Below are positions 40,414 through 54,132 of a DNA stretch of 64,000 nucleotides, in pieces. Source of the DNA: Octopus vulgaris. Taxonomy: Eukaryota. The stretch's first letter is position 1; the number at the start of each line of letters is the position of its first letter. A program made the position numbers and the translations under genes. The stretch spans positions 38,626,001 through 38,690,000 of the forward strand of contig OX597819.1 of NCBI GenBank assembly GCA_951406725.2, in the 5' to 3' direction. The notes below the pieces were generated by a model that was not told the origin of the DNA, ran no database searches, and saw only the letters and a list, made by a program, of their open reading frames with translations.

Positions 40414-41486
40414 CCTTTCTACTAAAGGCACAAGGACTGAAACTTTGGGGAGGGAATAGTTGATTACATCGACCCTAGTGTACAACTGGTACTCATTTTA
40501 TTGACCCTGAAATGATGAAAGGCAAAGTCAATCTCAGTGGAATTTGAACTTAGAAATAACAATGCAAATAATTCAGCCAGCTCATGGCCTTATCAATATT
40601 AATCATAATCATCATCATCATCATCATCTAGATCTACCTCAATGCCATAGCAACTGAGGTAGGTAGGTGTAGCCCATCCCAATCTTTGGGCGGGCTGGCT
40701 GGTGCTCATTCACCTTAGCTATCATGAGGCTTTTTAGGAGCTGGATTTTCTATGAGGAGCATGCCCTTGCTTATCCCCCAACCGCAATTTCTAGACATGA
40801 GTGGTCCTGAAACCAAGGCCTCAACCATGATTTTTAAAAAATGCAGTGGAAAACTAGTACTTATTTTATAGAACCTGAAATGATTAAAGGTAATATCAAC
40901 CTTGGTGGAATTTGAACTCAGAACGTAACAATGGACAAAATGTCACAAAGCATTTTGCCTGGTATACTAACAATTTTGCCAGCTCACAGCCTTATTAATA
41001 CTAATACTAATACTACTAATAATAATAATGATTTTTTTTTTTACTAAAGGCATAAGGCCTGAAACTTTGGGGGAGGGGATAACTGATTACATCGACCCTA
41101 GTGTACAACTAGTACTTATTTTATTGATTCCAAAAGTAAGAAAGGCAAAGTTGACTTTGGTGGAATTTGAACTCAGAACATAGTGATGGGTGAAATACTG
41201 CTAAGCATTTCATCTAGTGTACTAATGACTGCCAGCTCACAACCTTATTAACAAAAACAACAACAACACAACAATGATAATAGTAATTAAGTAGTGTTAA
41301 GAGGAATTCCTTGGGGTTTGAATAATTCACCTCTGGAAACATGGGTGTTTTGTTCAACATCTTTAAACAACCCTTAGTCAGGGACTTTTTGAGTGGAAGC
41401 GGCTACTTCAGAAGAAAATTCTAACAGGGCCCCACCTGCAAAGTCATGTGCTATTTATCTTGATATGAGATCACCATGTTGTGCAG

Positions 41487-41532
<46 letters not shown>

Positions 41533-41683
41533 CATGAAATTATTGCGTATAGTGCTAAGGTGCACTACATACATATATGTATTTATGTACGTCATACCTC
41601 CCTGCTTCCATTTCCTGAGCGCCTATTAATAATAATACTGTAATTGTTCCATTGTTGTTGTTTTTTTGTTTCCCGTTTGGATT

Positions 41684-41726
<43 letters not shown>

Positions 41727-41879
41727 TGATGGGCTTCTTTCAGTTTCTGTCTACCAAATCCAACAACAAGGCTCTGGTCAGCCTGAGGCTATAGTAGAAG
41801 ACACTTGCCCAAGGTGCCATTCAGTGGGACTGAACCCAGAACCACATAGTTCGGATGCAAGCTTCTTACCACACCCATG

Positions 41880-41934
<55 letters not shown>

Positions 41935-42271
41935 ATGTAAGATCCAGGGATTGAGGCCTAGGAAGAAGGTTATCTTCAAGCAATCCATAGTAATTATAAG
42001 AAAACATCTTTCAGGAACAATAGTGTTTACTGAGACAGAAGGTTGTGGATTTTTTTGTATCGAAGTATGATAAACTGAAAGAAGTTCTTTTTATATTTCA
42101 TGGTAGGCAACCCTGATTAAGTAAAATTCATGTCCATGACCCCTTCCCTCTTCCACAACCCAACCATACACACCACTGGCTGTTTCATTCCTCCTCTCCA
42201 TTCTCTCTATGTTCACTGATTCCTCAAAAGGCATGTTGGAATTTGAAATGGTTACAGCAAGATATGAAGCC

Positions 42272-42500
42272 TTAACCCTTTAGCATTTAAACCGGCCATA
42301 TCCGGCCAAAAGTATTCTGCCTGTTTCATGTTCAAACTGGCCAGATCTGGTCTCTCACACCAACCCTACAATATCGTTTTAAAAATTAACAGCTACCTCA
42401 TCAAAATCTCATAGCTACAAGATAATGCATGATTAATTCAAAACAATGTGGATAAAAAAGGGTTAATTTTGGCAGAATAATGTGAACACTAAATGGTTAG
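42272..42500. mobile_element. piggyBac-like MITE (second copy)
   Basis: ttaaccctttagc start. Colinear with 24016-24249. Confidence 0.6.
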
Positions 42501-43660
42501 ATTTAGCTAAATACAGTTTTTGTCTATTCAATGGGGTTAGGCAATCAAAAATACAATATTATATAAATACAGGGATATAAAATATAAAATGAAGTAAATA
42601 ACAAAATGAAAATCATCATCAGAATTATAACTGATTTAATTTTGTTTTTCTTTAGTTGAAATAAAATTTTATAGCTAGCATTATTTAATGAGAATAAACA
42701 AGATGTATTTCTACTGAATAGCAAAATGTCATTTCTGTCAGATATTAATCTTTCATACTGGTAATTATAATGGAATAATTTTAAATATAATGAATTACTT
42801 AATAAAATAAATAAAAACAAAAACAAACAAGCAGAGAAAAATTTAAGTAAAAAGCAAGCAAAAATAAAGACAAGGAATGAAAAAAAAGGAAAAGTAGAAA
42901 ATTGTAAAATATCAAGTGAAATCAACCAGTTTGGTAAAGTTCACCTAAATGTCACCATACAGTTTTGATTTGGTAACAATTAGAATCTCAAGTTTTTTTC
43001 ACTACAATCCATCAATTCATCTCATTGTCTGTGAAGCATGAACAAACAGTTTTGTATAACAAATGTTATCAGTCGATCTTTTGAAACAGCTGCACTTGAA
43101 AATGATTGGAATATATAGTGTTCAATAGGAATTAGCAGGAATACAGGATGTTCACAAAATTGCCAGTATATGAGCAGAAAATAGAGACACAAGTCTAAAT
43201 GTCCACTCTGCACTTGGCTGAATGAGAAAAGTTAGCTAAAGATTCAGACAAAAGGTGTTTTGTCTGAATCTTTTTGTTTCGATTTCCAGTTACTGAAGAC
43301 AACTTCATGAATCATGATGCAACTGTCACAAGCTGTGAGCCAATATACCAGCATTTTATACCAACTGACTGATTAATTTATTTTGTATCAGAATTGGTGA
43401 TCAATAATGTCATTGATTACAGGTTTCCAATGAGCTAGTCACTGGTTCACTGCATATCTGACAGTGAGAATGACAAGGAAATGATTGTAATTTGGTTCAC
43501 AACAAGCAGTGCAAGGGATTTCATTCATAAAGCCTTTTACCCTGTTTGTAGATTGCATGGCAATGTTTACATTCTTCGCCAATTCACATCAACAAAAGAT
43601 GTACACACACACACATATAGCCACTACACACATTTTTTTTCTCTCCTTGTTTTTTCTGTG

Positions 43661-43701
43661 TCCCTTTCTGTAGAAGAGCGTAGGCTCGAAACGTAAAATA
43701 C
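43661..43701 (+). ncRNA. Degenerate minimal hammerhead-like motif
   Basis: CTGTAGA-a-gagc(gtag)gctc-GAAAC-GTA. Core A6 is altered. Shares a downstream ttcctgagc motif with the 54.1 kb element. Confidence 0.42.
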
Positions 43702-44337
43702 TTTTTCTATTCCTGAGCATTATACTAATACATCTGTTTGTTTTCTACACCACCTGTCTTCGTCATTTGTTTTTTTCATAAACTCTCCCTATATATATAT
43801 ATATATACACATGTGTTATGTGATTCACAAAATAATCCCTGCACAACAACAACACACAGACTCACATACACAGAAGGTTCTTTGTTATGGCTGGTCAGAG
43901 AGTGACCGTTGGTTTTGCACCTATAAAGCACTCAGCTGACTTGTCAGACTCAAATGGCTTGTGGCATAAAAACCCCAGCAAGTTGCCTATGTGGTTGAGA
44001 GGCATGAAAGCAATGGCAGCTCATTGACTGTCCATAACAAACAATCTTCCAAATATTACTGCTGTAATGTTTTAGAACTACTAACTGATATATGTATATA
44101 TGAAAGAAACTGTTGTATACAGTGCTCAGGTGCACTACAACTAAGAAAAAAATTTATTTTGTCATTATATTCACTGCGGTGTTATTCTGACCATATCGCA
44201 CGAGGAGTTTTAAGGTGGGCAATTTAAACTGGTCATGTGCATACGTGCATATATATGTATGCATACGTTCATATATGTAGGTATATGGTATGTTGTGTAT
44301 ATATATATATATTTGTATTTATGTGCTATCTGAGTAT

Positions 44338-44396
44338 ATTCCACTGATGAAGGCAAAGTGTTTCTTATGCAAAGCCAGAAATCTGGGATCTGGAAT
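44338..44396 (+). ncRNA. Type-I hammerhead ribozyme-like motif (paralogue of the 4.06 kb motif)
   Basis: attcca-CTGATGA-a-ggc...gcc-a-GAAA-tctggga-TC-tggaat. Stems covary with the copy at 4052-4112. Confidence 0.68.
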
Positions 44397-44681
44397 TGTC
44401 CAGTAATTTTTTGCTAGTTTATTTTGTCTCTTTGTCTTCTCTCCTGGTGCTGTATGAACATTTAATGTGGTTTTAGAGTCAAGTTTTGACTGCTATTTCC
44501 AGTGTGGTGGTATCTCTTAGATACCCTAAATCATAATTTTAAATAATTATTACCTTTGAAAGGTTTTTATTCCCATGCTGGCCACCTGATAAGATTGGTA
44601 TTTAAATATCAATCGTATCTTTATTTATATGAAATATAATAGATACAAATGAAAATTTTAGAAAAGAAACAGAAATCTTAC

Positions 44682-44912
44682 CTGGATACAAATTCCTGTT
44701 AAAAAACGTAGAACTGAGAAGATTTCATAGTGTTGGACATGAGCTGCAATTGTTCCAAGAACAATGGGAATATAAAGGCAAATTAACATCACAGGCTTTC
44801 TACCAAATTTATCAGCCAAGAAACCAAAAAGGAGACCACCAACCATGACTCCAAGAAAATAAATGGTTACCACCAGTGAACTCATATAGGAACGGTTACA
44901 TATTAGATCCCA
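44682..44912 (-). CDS. SLC22-like gene, coding exon 2 (TM2-TM4)
   Basis: tttcag|TGG...CAG|gtaaga. Encodes WDLICNRSYMSSLVVTIYFLGVMVGGLLFGFLADKFGRKPVML...LRFLTGICIQ, with the SLC22 WDL(V/I)C motif and MFS motif A (G.LADKFGRK). 231 nt, phase 0/0. Confidence 0.95.
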
Positions 44913-45179
44913 CTGAAATAAAGACAAGAGAAAAGATAGATAATATTAGATTCATAAATGCATACAGAGATGCAAAAATGTAGATAAATTTACCATATTT
45001 ACTGATATGTATAATATCAGATATTTAATATAAGATATTAAAGTTAAGAATGGGTGTAGTTTTATAATTGAGTTTAAAGAAAACAAGAGGAAAATCCTCA
45101 CTACTGATTTTAAGAACAAAAATGGGTGCCAACTGATGCTTGAAATTTTCCTGTGCAATCTCAAATATAAATACAGTAT

Positions 45180-45343
45180 AGGCGCAGGAGTGGCTGTGTG
45201 GTAAGTAGCTTGCTAACCAACCACATGGTTCCGGGTTCAGTCCCACTGTGTGGCATCTTGGGCAAGTGTCTTCTGCTATAGCCCCGGGCCGACCAATGCC
45301 TTGTGAGTGGATTTGGTAAACGGAAACTGAAAGAAGCCTGTCG

Positions 45344-45376
<33 letters not shown>

Positions 45377-45585
45377 TTGTGTGTCTGTGTTTGTCCCCCT
45401 AGCATTGCTTGACAACCGATGCTGGTGTGTTTACGTCCCCATCACTTAGCGGTTCGGCAAAAGAGACCGATAGAATAAGTACTGGGCTTACAAAGAATAA
45501 GTTCTGGGGTCGATTTGCTCTACTAAAGGCGGTGCTCCAGCATGGCTGCAGTTAAATGACTGAAACAAGTAAAGAGTAAAGAGAG
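45180..45585 (+). mobile_element. tRNA-derived SINE family B with internal (TA)/(TG) microsatellite, representative copy
   Basis: A-box-like tggctgtgtgg and B-box-like ggttcagtcc. Copies at about 2827-3222, 3763-4388, 24645-25060, 26575-26950(-), 30493-30890, 35902-36340(-), 58815-59230 and 59670-60018(-). Confidence 0.85.
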
Positions 45586-45816
45586 TATATATGTATCTGT
45601 GTGCATAAATATATAATAAATACAGAATATGTGTGCTTGTGCATTTTATTCAAAAAGAAAAGTTGAATTACTAACTGCCTCCAATTTGATGTAGCATGTT
45701 TGAAGAAATTTCTACCTTTCTTTCTTTAAACTAAAACACTATCAAAGCAAGAATAAAGTAATCTACAGGGACCTTTCAAAAGAATAAATATAAATATATC
45801 TCTAAATAAATATTTA

Positions 45817-46039
45817 ATATTCTGTTGTGTTTGGGGAGAGTCATTTTCTTTTTGTGCCTTATAATTTAACACACTCACCAGTAAAATTTTCGTTGCAACT
45901 TGCAACCTTTTCAATAGGTTGCAAGACGCAATGAAAATGTTAGGAAAATAAAAATAAGGAATAAGTGGAAATTTTACTGGTGAGTGTGTTAAATTATAAG
46001 GCACAAAAAGAAAATGACTGCCCAGACACAAGAGAATAT
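45817..46039. mobile_element. MITE-like foldback with ~70-bp inverted arms
   Basis: 45817-45890 pairs with 45968-46039. A solo arm lies at about 14724-14787. Confidence 0.7.
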
Positions 46040-46614
46040 GCTTCAACACACAAACTCACATAAAGAATCTTGCAAACCAAATCCAAAAATGAAATCTTTA
46101 ATACTTTGATAGTTATTAAACATTCAAATTAACTCTTTCCCTTCATTAACACACATCTGTCACAACACTATTGTGTTTAGGTTTATCAAAATAAACCACT
46201 GTGAAAGGTCTCACTGATGTGAAAAACTATAACTTAGCAGTTCAGTAAACAGAGTTTGATAAAATAAGCACCAGACTGAAGAAAGTTCTGAAATCAATAT
46301 GATTAACTTAAATACTTGAAGGTAGTGCCTCATCATGACCAAAGTCCAATAAGTGAACCATTAAAAGAAGAAAAAAATAATGCCGAAGACTGTACAAAAC
46401 GAATTATGCAAATCTCTAGGCTTCAAATGACAAATCAATGGCAAATAGATTGAAAATAATGAAAATAGATTACAGTCTACTTGTATTGGACTTGACAATA
46501 TGGAATTTGATGTTTGGTACCAGATGTTTCTTTCTAACATAAGTACAAGTCCTCAATTTTAGGGAGGAATATAGTTACTGAAATCATTATCATTTAGCTA
46601 TCAGAATAAATATG

Positions 46615-47016
46615 GGATCTGCTGTTTTTTCTAGCGGTGTCATATGAAATTGTCACCCACAATTATGACCCTAGTATCGAACTATTGCATTTCAATCTGT
46701 TTTAGGGTTAGGGTTGGGGGGGGGGGGGGAGGTATATTTTTTCTTCACAAATGTAAATAAACCCAATCTGTTTCTTAAACGAGGGACAAATTCATACGGC
46801 ACAGAATGTTTTCACCTCAATAGACATCATTGATTGGTTGAAATTGCCGAAATGCAAGAAATTAAAGACCAAATATCTTACAAACTATAGAATTTTCTCA
46901 ATAAAGCCAAGAGAAAGAGATGTTTTATAAACACATTCTACCAGTATACAAAGTTTAAAATATTTTAGTTACCTAGAAATTATGTTAAAAACTGCTATTC
47001 AAACCAAAAAGATCCT
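46615..47016. mobile_element. Inverted paralogue of 36662-37022
   Basis: Reverse-complement colinear over about 330 bp. Confidence 0.6.
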
Positions 47017-48205
47017 AAATATGTTCAAAATATATCTGTATCATCCACCACAAGGTCTGGTCCTTGTTGAGGTGAGGTGTCTTGAGTGCCTTAATGACCA
47101 TGAAAGCTATGCTAGGAGAGCACAAGGTCCTAGTAGGACCTCTCTTACTGCACAAGTCAAAGGATAAAGGCCAGACTATCATGCTTCCAAGGTCTTGTTG
47201 GTTTTGAATTGTCATTGATGACAATTCAAAACCAACAAGACCTGGGAGTGGAGGAAGGCCTTCACCCAGGGAAACACATGACACACAACAGCAAGATCCA
47301 AAAGGAAGCTACAAGGAAGAGCAGGGATTTAACTAAACAGAAGTAGAGTTGAGAACAGTGGAGAAAAGTCATTGATGATTTATGTTCCTTAGGGAGTGAA
47401 GGGCTTAAGAGAGAAAATATCTGAATCATATAAACTTTAAATGATGTATTTATAGAATATCTATTGTGCAATTATATTGTTGACATAATCATAACATATC
47501 TATTTTGATATTGGTTTCAAATTTTGGCACAAGGCCATCAAGTTTGGGAGAGAAGAGAAGCTGATTACATCGACCACAGTGTTTATCTGGTACTTATTTT
47601 ATCGCCCTTGAAAGGATGAAAGCAAAGTCAACCCCAGCAGTATTTGAACTCAGAATGTAAATTTCGACAAAATACTGCTAAGCCTTTTGCCCAGCATGTT
47701 AATGATTCTACCAGCTCACTATTTTATATTTATATTGATAACATCTCTCTCTCCATCCCCCTCACTCTCTCCCAGTATGAAATTCCTACAGGTGTCAATG
47801 ATCCTGGACCTTCATGTAAAAGTCTGAAGAGTTGTGATTTTCCTTGTGAAAAATACAGCAGTATTTTCCCATTACTTTCTGCTAGTCACTTGCTCTTCTG
47901 AATATTCACTTGAGGAAGATAGCTATTTGGCCTATAACTGGGCCCTTTGATAGATACTATCATCCTAGGCCAGAATAGACCTGGAAATGGCACAAGGTGT
48001 GATTGCATATTCACCAAAACTCCTCCTAAATGCCTAAACTGGATCCTTATTACTGGATGCAGTTTAATGTCTAATATAATAAATGTAAAAACTAATTTCT
48101 GTGTGTCAGTGTGTCACACTCTCTCACTATTCAACGACACTTCTACTATTGCTCATGTTGGGGTGAGAGTAATAGTAGGCATAGAGACGGTGAAGGTGGT
48201 GGCAA

Positions 48206-48266
<61 letters not shown>

Positions 48267-49144
48267 AAAAGAGAGACAAAGAAATTTAGGGAAAGTTGAT
48301 ATTTTATTAAAAGTAGTAATGTTGATGGTGGCAGTGGGAGTAATAATAAGAGAGAGAAAGATAAAGAGGGACTGAACACTGAATATAATGTACATTGAAT
48401 TCTTTTACACATACATTTAGCCTTTTTGTGACGGTAATGGGGTGATAGTAATAGAATGAGCTGTAGTTGTGATAGAGGCAGAGGCGGCGGAGATGTGGTG
48501 CTGGTGGTGGTAGCCAAGGCAGTTAGGGATGACAGTGAGAGTAAGCGACATGAAAGACAGTGGTGATGGTGGCAGAGGAGAAGGTGGCAAAGTCAAAAGT
48601 ATTGATAGTGGTGGCATCAGAAGTCTGAATGGTGTGTGTATGGCAGATGTGGTGGTACTGTTGTTTATCATGCAGCTTGCCAATAAGTTCCAAGTCAACA
48701 AATTATTTCATTGTTTTGATGAAAATTGTTCAATGCTTGAAAATAAATATTGTTGAAGTTTTATAAAATTTAATATGTACTCAATGCATGAGGTGTCATT
48801 GTTGGGCCCGAGGCCTAATGAAGAGCCCTCCACAGGAGGCCTCTTCATTAGCTTAGAAGCCACCCAATAAGGCTACTTTTAAGCTAACATAACATGTGTC
48901 CTTGAATTTTTGTCCTTTCGTCACTGCTTGACAACTGGTGTTGGTTTGTTTGTGTCTCTGTAACTTAGTGGTTCAACAAAAGAGACCAATAGAATAAGAA
49001 TCAGGCTTTAAAAACTAAGTAGTGGAGTTTGTTTGATTAAACCCCTCAAAGTAGTGCCTCAGCATGGATGCAGTCCAATGACTGAAACAAGCAAAGGATA
49101 TTAGATAAAAGAGTGTATTTTAGTAGAAATGGTATCATAAAAGG

Positions 49145-49175
<31 letters not shown>

Positions 49176-49950
49176 TAATATTATTAGTGTTCATCAACCT
49201 AATACAATGTACTTCCCTCTGTTTATTGGGAAATTTTATTACCTATCTTACAGAAGATATCTTACAGAAGTGTTCATGAAGTCATAAACAGCAATCAGTG
49301 AACTGAGTTTATCAAATGAAGCATAGAATAAGTGTGCCTTAGAGACACTGGAAAACCCGATAGTGAAGCGAGTATTTATGAACTCGAGACAGCTGAAATA
49401 TCAGTAGGTGGTCAGGATATTTTATGAACTCAACATATCACACCTAAAGAGAAATGAATAATATCTATATCATCACACCACCACCACCACCTATTTCTTT
49501 ACTACCCACAAGGGGCTAAACACAGAGGGGACAAACAAGGACAGACAAACGGATTAAGTCGATTATATCGATCCCAGTGCGTAACTGGTACTTAATTTAT
49601 CGACCCCGAAAGGATGAAAGGCAAAGTCGACCTCGGCGGGATTTGAACTCAGAACGTAGCGGCAGGCGAAATATTGCTTAGCATTTCACCCGGTGTGCTA
49701 ACGTTTCTGCCAGCTCGCCACCACCACCATCATCGGCCTTGCTACTGCTGCTGCCACCACCTATGACCATCATGACCACCACCACCATCATAATCTCCTA
49801 CCCAAGGGTTTCTTTTTTTTTTTCAGTTTTGAAATACTGTTTTGAAATACTTACAAAACTCCAGGCTGAACATCAATTACATTAATCCCAACAAACTGGG
49901 AAAGCCTGAAAATGTTGTGGATACTTTACACTCTTCTGATTAACCTACAT

Positions 49951-50254
49951 TAGTGATTCCCAAACTTTTTCAGGCCACCACCCACTTGGCACCCAGGCCA
50001 CATTCCTAACGCCCCCCTCACCCCATCCAGTCGCCACCACAAATGTAGACTACTTTCTGCAGCAAATTATAAACAACTGTATTTTTACAATTAAAACTTA
50101 ACCTAATTAATCCATTATTTTGTTTGCTTTTATACATCAATTGCCCCCTTTCAGCTACCCTCTTATTGCCCCACTTTTCTTCAACGCCCCCCCTCCTCCC
50201 GATGTTTCCACCAACTCCAGGGAGTGGGGCTGTACCACCACTTTGGAAACCACT
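49951..50254. mobile_element. hAT-like MITE
   Basis: Terminal inverted repeats tagtgattcccaaa / tttggaaaccactg. Confidence 0.5.
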
Positions 50255-50856
50255 GACTTGCATAATAGTTTCAAATTTTGGCACAAGGCCAGAAATTTTA
50301 GGGGTGTGAGGGGGCTATCAGTGCTTAACTGGTACTTATTTTTATTGGACCTGAAATGATGAAAGATAAAGTCGACTTTGGTGGCATTTGAACTCAGAAC
50401 ACAAAGTCAGCAGATATGCCGTTAGATATTTCGTCCAGTGTGTTGAAGATTCTACTAAATCACTGCCTTCACTTGCATGATAATTGTTTATAAAATAGGT
50501 GCAAGGCAATGCATTTGGGGGAGAGGGGTTTGTCAGTTAATTTGATCCCGGCCCCTGATTGATAATTTATTTTATTTACTCTGGAAGGAGGAAAAGCAAA
50601 GTTGACCTTGGTGAAATCTGAACTCTGAACATAAAATGCTAGAGCAAATGCTACCAAGTGTCACTTTGATGGCATGCCCTGTTCTCTCACTCAATAATAA
50701 TAATAATGATTTCAAATTTTGGTACAAGGCTAGGAATTTTAGGGGAGAGGTAAGTTGATTATATCGACTTCAGTGTTCAACTAGTAGTTATTTATATTGA
50801 CCTTGGAAGGATGAAAAGCAAAGCTGACCTTCGCAGAATTTGAACTGAGAACGTGA

Positions 50857-50938
<82 letters not shown>

Positions 50939-51023
50939 GGGTCGGGAAGACACTCGGCAAGAAATGGAAGCAAATTTGAAAGAAGAAAAAAAAAAAAGAA
51001 TAATAATAATAATAATGATAATA

Positions 51024-51240
51024 AATATTCAGACAAATACATAACAAAAACACCAGGACTTACAAACATATATAACATACAGAAAATTGCACTACTGGGC
51101 ACTGCACACATCCTACGCAAAACACTTTCAATATAGTAAGCATCAGAGCACCACAACAAATCACAACACATACCCAAGGCACACAGAGCTGCGCTCGGTA
51201 GTGAAGTGAAAGCACGCTATAAAAATAAAACTACTGAATA
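51024..51240 (+). mobile_element. R4/Dong-like 3' fragment in (TAA)n
   Basis: YSDKYITKTPGLTNIYNIQKIALLGTAHILRKTLSI* plus 3'UTR, flanked by (TAA)n. Confidence 0.7.
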
Positions 51241-51261
51241 ATAATAATAATAATAATAATG

Positions 51262-51305
<44 letters not shown>

Positions 51306-51309
51306 CATG

Positions 51310-51690
51310 AAGAAGGAAATGAAAGAACAGCAGAAGAAAGAATATTTCCAAAGACTAAGATTGATGGACGGAATAAAATCCAAGCAGTGAATACGTGGGT
51401 GATAGCATCACTTTGGTATGGAGCTGGAATCATAAACTGACAAAAGAATGAACTGATGAGTATGGATACCAAAACACAGAAACTATTGACGGTGCATGGA
51501 GCATTCCAGCCCAAGATTGACACTGATAGGTTGTATTTGTCCAGAAGAAAGGGTGGGAGAGGTCTGATCAGTTGTCACAATTGTGTTGAAGCAGAGGAAA
51601 GCAACTCAGGGTGGTATGTAAAAACTGCTTTGGAACCATTACTGATACACATGAAGAAGTCTGGCATGATCAAAGAAGCTCATTGTATAT
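51310..51690 (+). mobile_element. R4/Dong-like post-RT fragment
   Basis: GRNKIQAVNTWVIASLWYGAGIIN*...DTKTQKLLTVHGAFQPKIDTDRLYLSRRKGGRGL contains the RLY..R..GGRGL motif. Confidence 0.75.
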
Positions 51691-51899
51691 ATATCCAGGC
51701 AGCCCCCCCCTCTTTTCTGCTTTCCGGTTTTGGCTGATGGATCCTCGGTTCCCACGTAGCGGGGCGTTCGAGGGCCTTTGCGCTCACGCACCTTGGCGCG
51801 CGCTGGGGGCTCGGTCGGCCCCTTTGGGCTTGCGTTGTACTGCTTGTGCGGTGTGTGCGTGAGCGCGCTTCGTGTGTGTGGGCTTGCTTCGGATGTGCG

Positions 51900-53400
51900 C
51901 ATGCGTATGTTTGCATACATACCCACACACTCGCATGCATCCCTACCCACATACATACACGCACACCTACTCACACACACACATACACACACACACATAC
52001 CCGCACACACACACACATACATACATACACACACATACCCACTTCAGACATACACACACACAGACATACACCCATACACTCACACTCACATGCATACACA
52101 CACACACATACACACGCACACGTACACATACACACACACACACACCTACATACATACATTACACTTGTATACACACACACTTACATTCATACACACACAC
52201 ACCTACACAGCCATACCCTCACTCAGACACACACATCTACCTACACACACACACAAACACACATTGACTCACACCCATACATACATACATCTACACACTC
52301 ACGCCTACACACATACATACACACATACATAAACACACACACATACACATACACACACATGCATATACTTATACACATGCACACACACACACATACATAC
52401 ATACACCCATATACATACACACACACATACCTATACTCACATACATACACACAGACATACACACATACACACTCACACAAACATACACAACACATACTTA
52501 CACACACACTCACCTGCACGCGCACACACATGCATGACAAACACCCATACACTCACACTCACATACGCACACACCAACATAAACACGCACACGCACACAC
52601 ACACCTACACTCCCACACACATACACACGCACCTACATACACACACGCACGCATACACACGCATACACACATACATTACACACGTACACACACACCTACA
52701 TACACATGCATACACACACACACACAAACATGCACGGACACACCCAGACATACATACATACACCTATATACACACGCCCACACACCTACATACACACACA
52801 TATACACACGCCCACACAGCTACATACACACACATACATACACACATACACGGACACACCCATACATACTTACATACATACACCTATACACACACGCCCA
52901 CACACCTACACACACACATGCATACACACACACATGTACGCACATACACACACATATATGCACATACATATATACCCACACACATGCACACACACACACA
53001 TACGCACATGCATGCACGCATGCACACGCGCACACCTACACGCATACACACACACACGCACGTACACATACATACATACACACACGCATACATACACCCA
53101 TACACATACATGCATCCTACACACACATACATACACACTCACACATACATACACACACGCACTCACTCACACACCTGTATGTTCGCGCACACACATGCAC
53201 ATACACACACTTCCCCACACCCACACGTACATACATACACACTCATACACATACACACACACACACACACACGGACATACATCTATGCACACACATATAT
53301 ACACACATACTCACATACATTCATCGGACACACTGCCACCCAGACATACACACAGACACACTCACACATCCACACACACACATACGTACGCGCACACTCG
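51900..53400. repeat. Degenerate (CA)/(CATA) low-complexity array
   Basis: Source of the His/Thr-rich spurious ORFs. Confidence 0.95.
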
Positions 53401-54132
53401 CAGGCGCGCGCACACACGCGCTTGCGCCGGTTCGCGCACGCATGCGCGCCGCATGCACCTCGCCCTTGGACCCGACGAGACCTCCCGCCCGTTCCTGGGA
53501 TGTCGCTTGTCGTTGGGTTTTCCCACGCCCGTCTCCGCGGGACCACTCTTCCATCTTCCCCTCCGCTGGAGTCCTTTTCCTTAACCCCCCCTTTTTCGTT
53601 ACACACACGCGCACACATATACACACATTGCTTAAACATATACATTACTCTTACACACATTCAATCTACTCGCCATTAATACTACCACGACACTGGACAC
53701 ACACACACACTACTACTCAACACACGCTGGCACGCTACATACGCCCCCACCCCTTCCCCTCCCTCCCTTCCTCCTTCCTCCCTTTTCTTACTACTGACCT
53801 TTGTCTGCTATGCTGCTGCTATGCTGACCACCGTCTCGCCCTACCTCACACGCCTACACACAGACGCACACACTAACACATACATATATTTTTTGTTTTT
53901 TTATCTCGCCTCACACACACACATACACACACGCACACGCACACACTCACACATACACACACATCTGTTGCGTTACCAACCTTGTCTCCACTCTTTTGCC
54001 TTTAAAAACCCACTTTGCTCTTGTTATCGTAAACATCCGCCTTTCACCATGTGTAACTCCTAAACACCAGTCGTTTTTTTCTCTATCTCCGTTGCCCGCT
54101 CTGGGATCTTTCTTTCCTCTCTCTTCCTTCTT

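Noticed and set aside
51846-53876. 676-aa His/Thr-rich ORF and overlapping ORFs
   Set aside because: Translation of a (CA)n-type array that lacks stop codons by composition; open in several frames.
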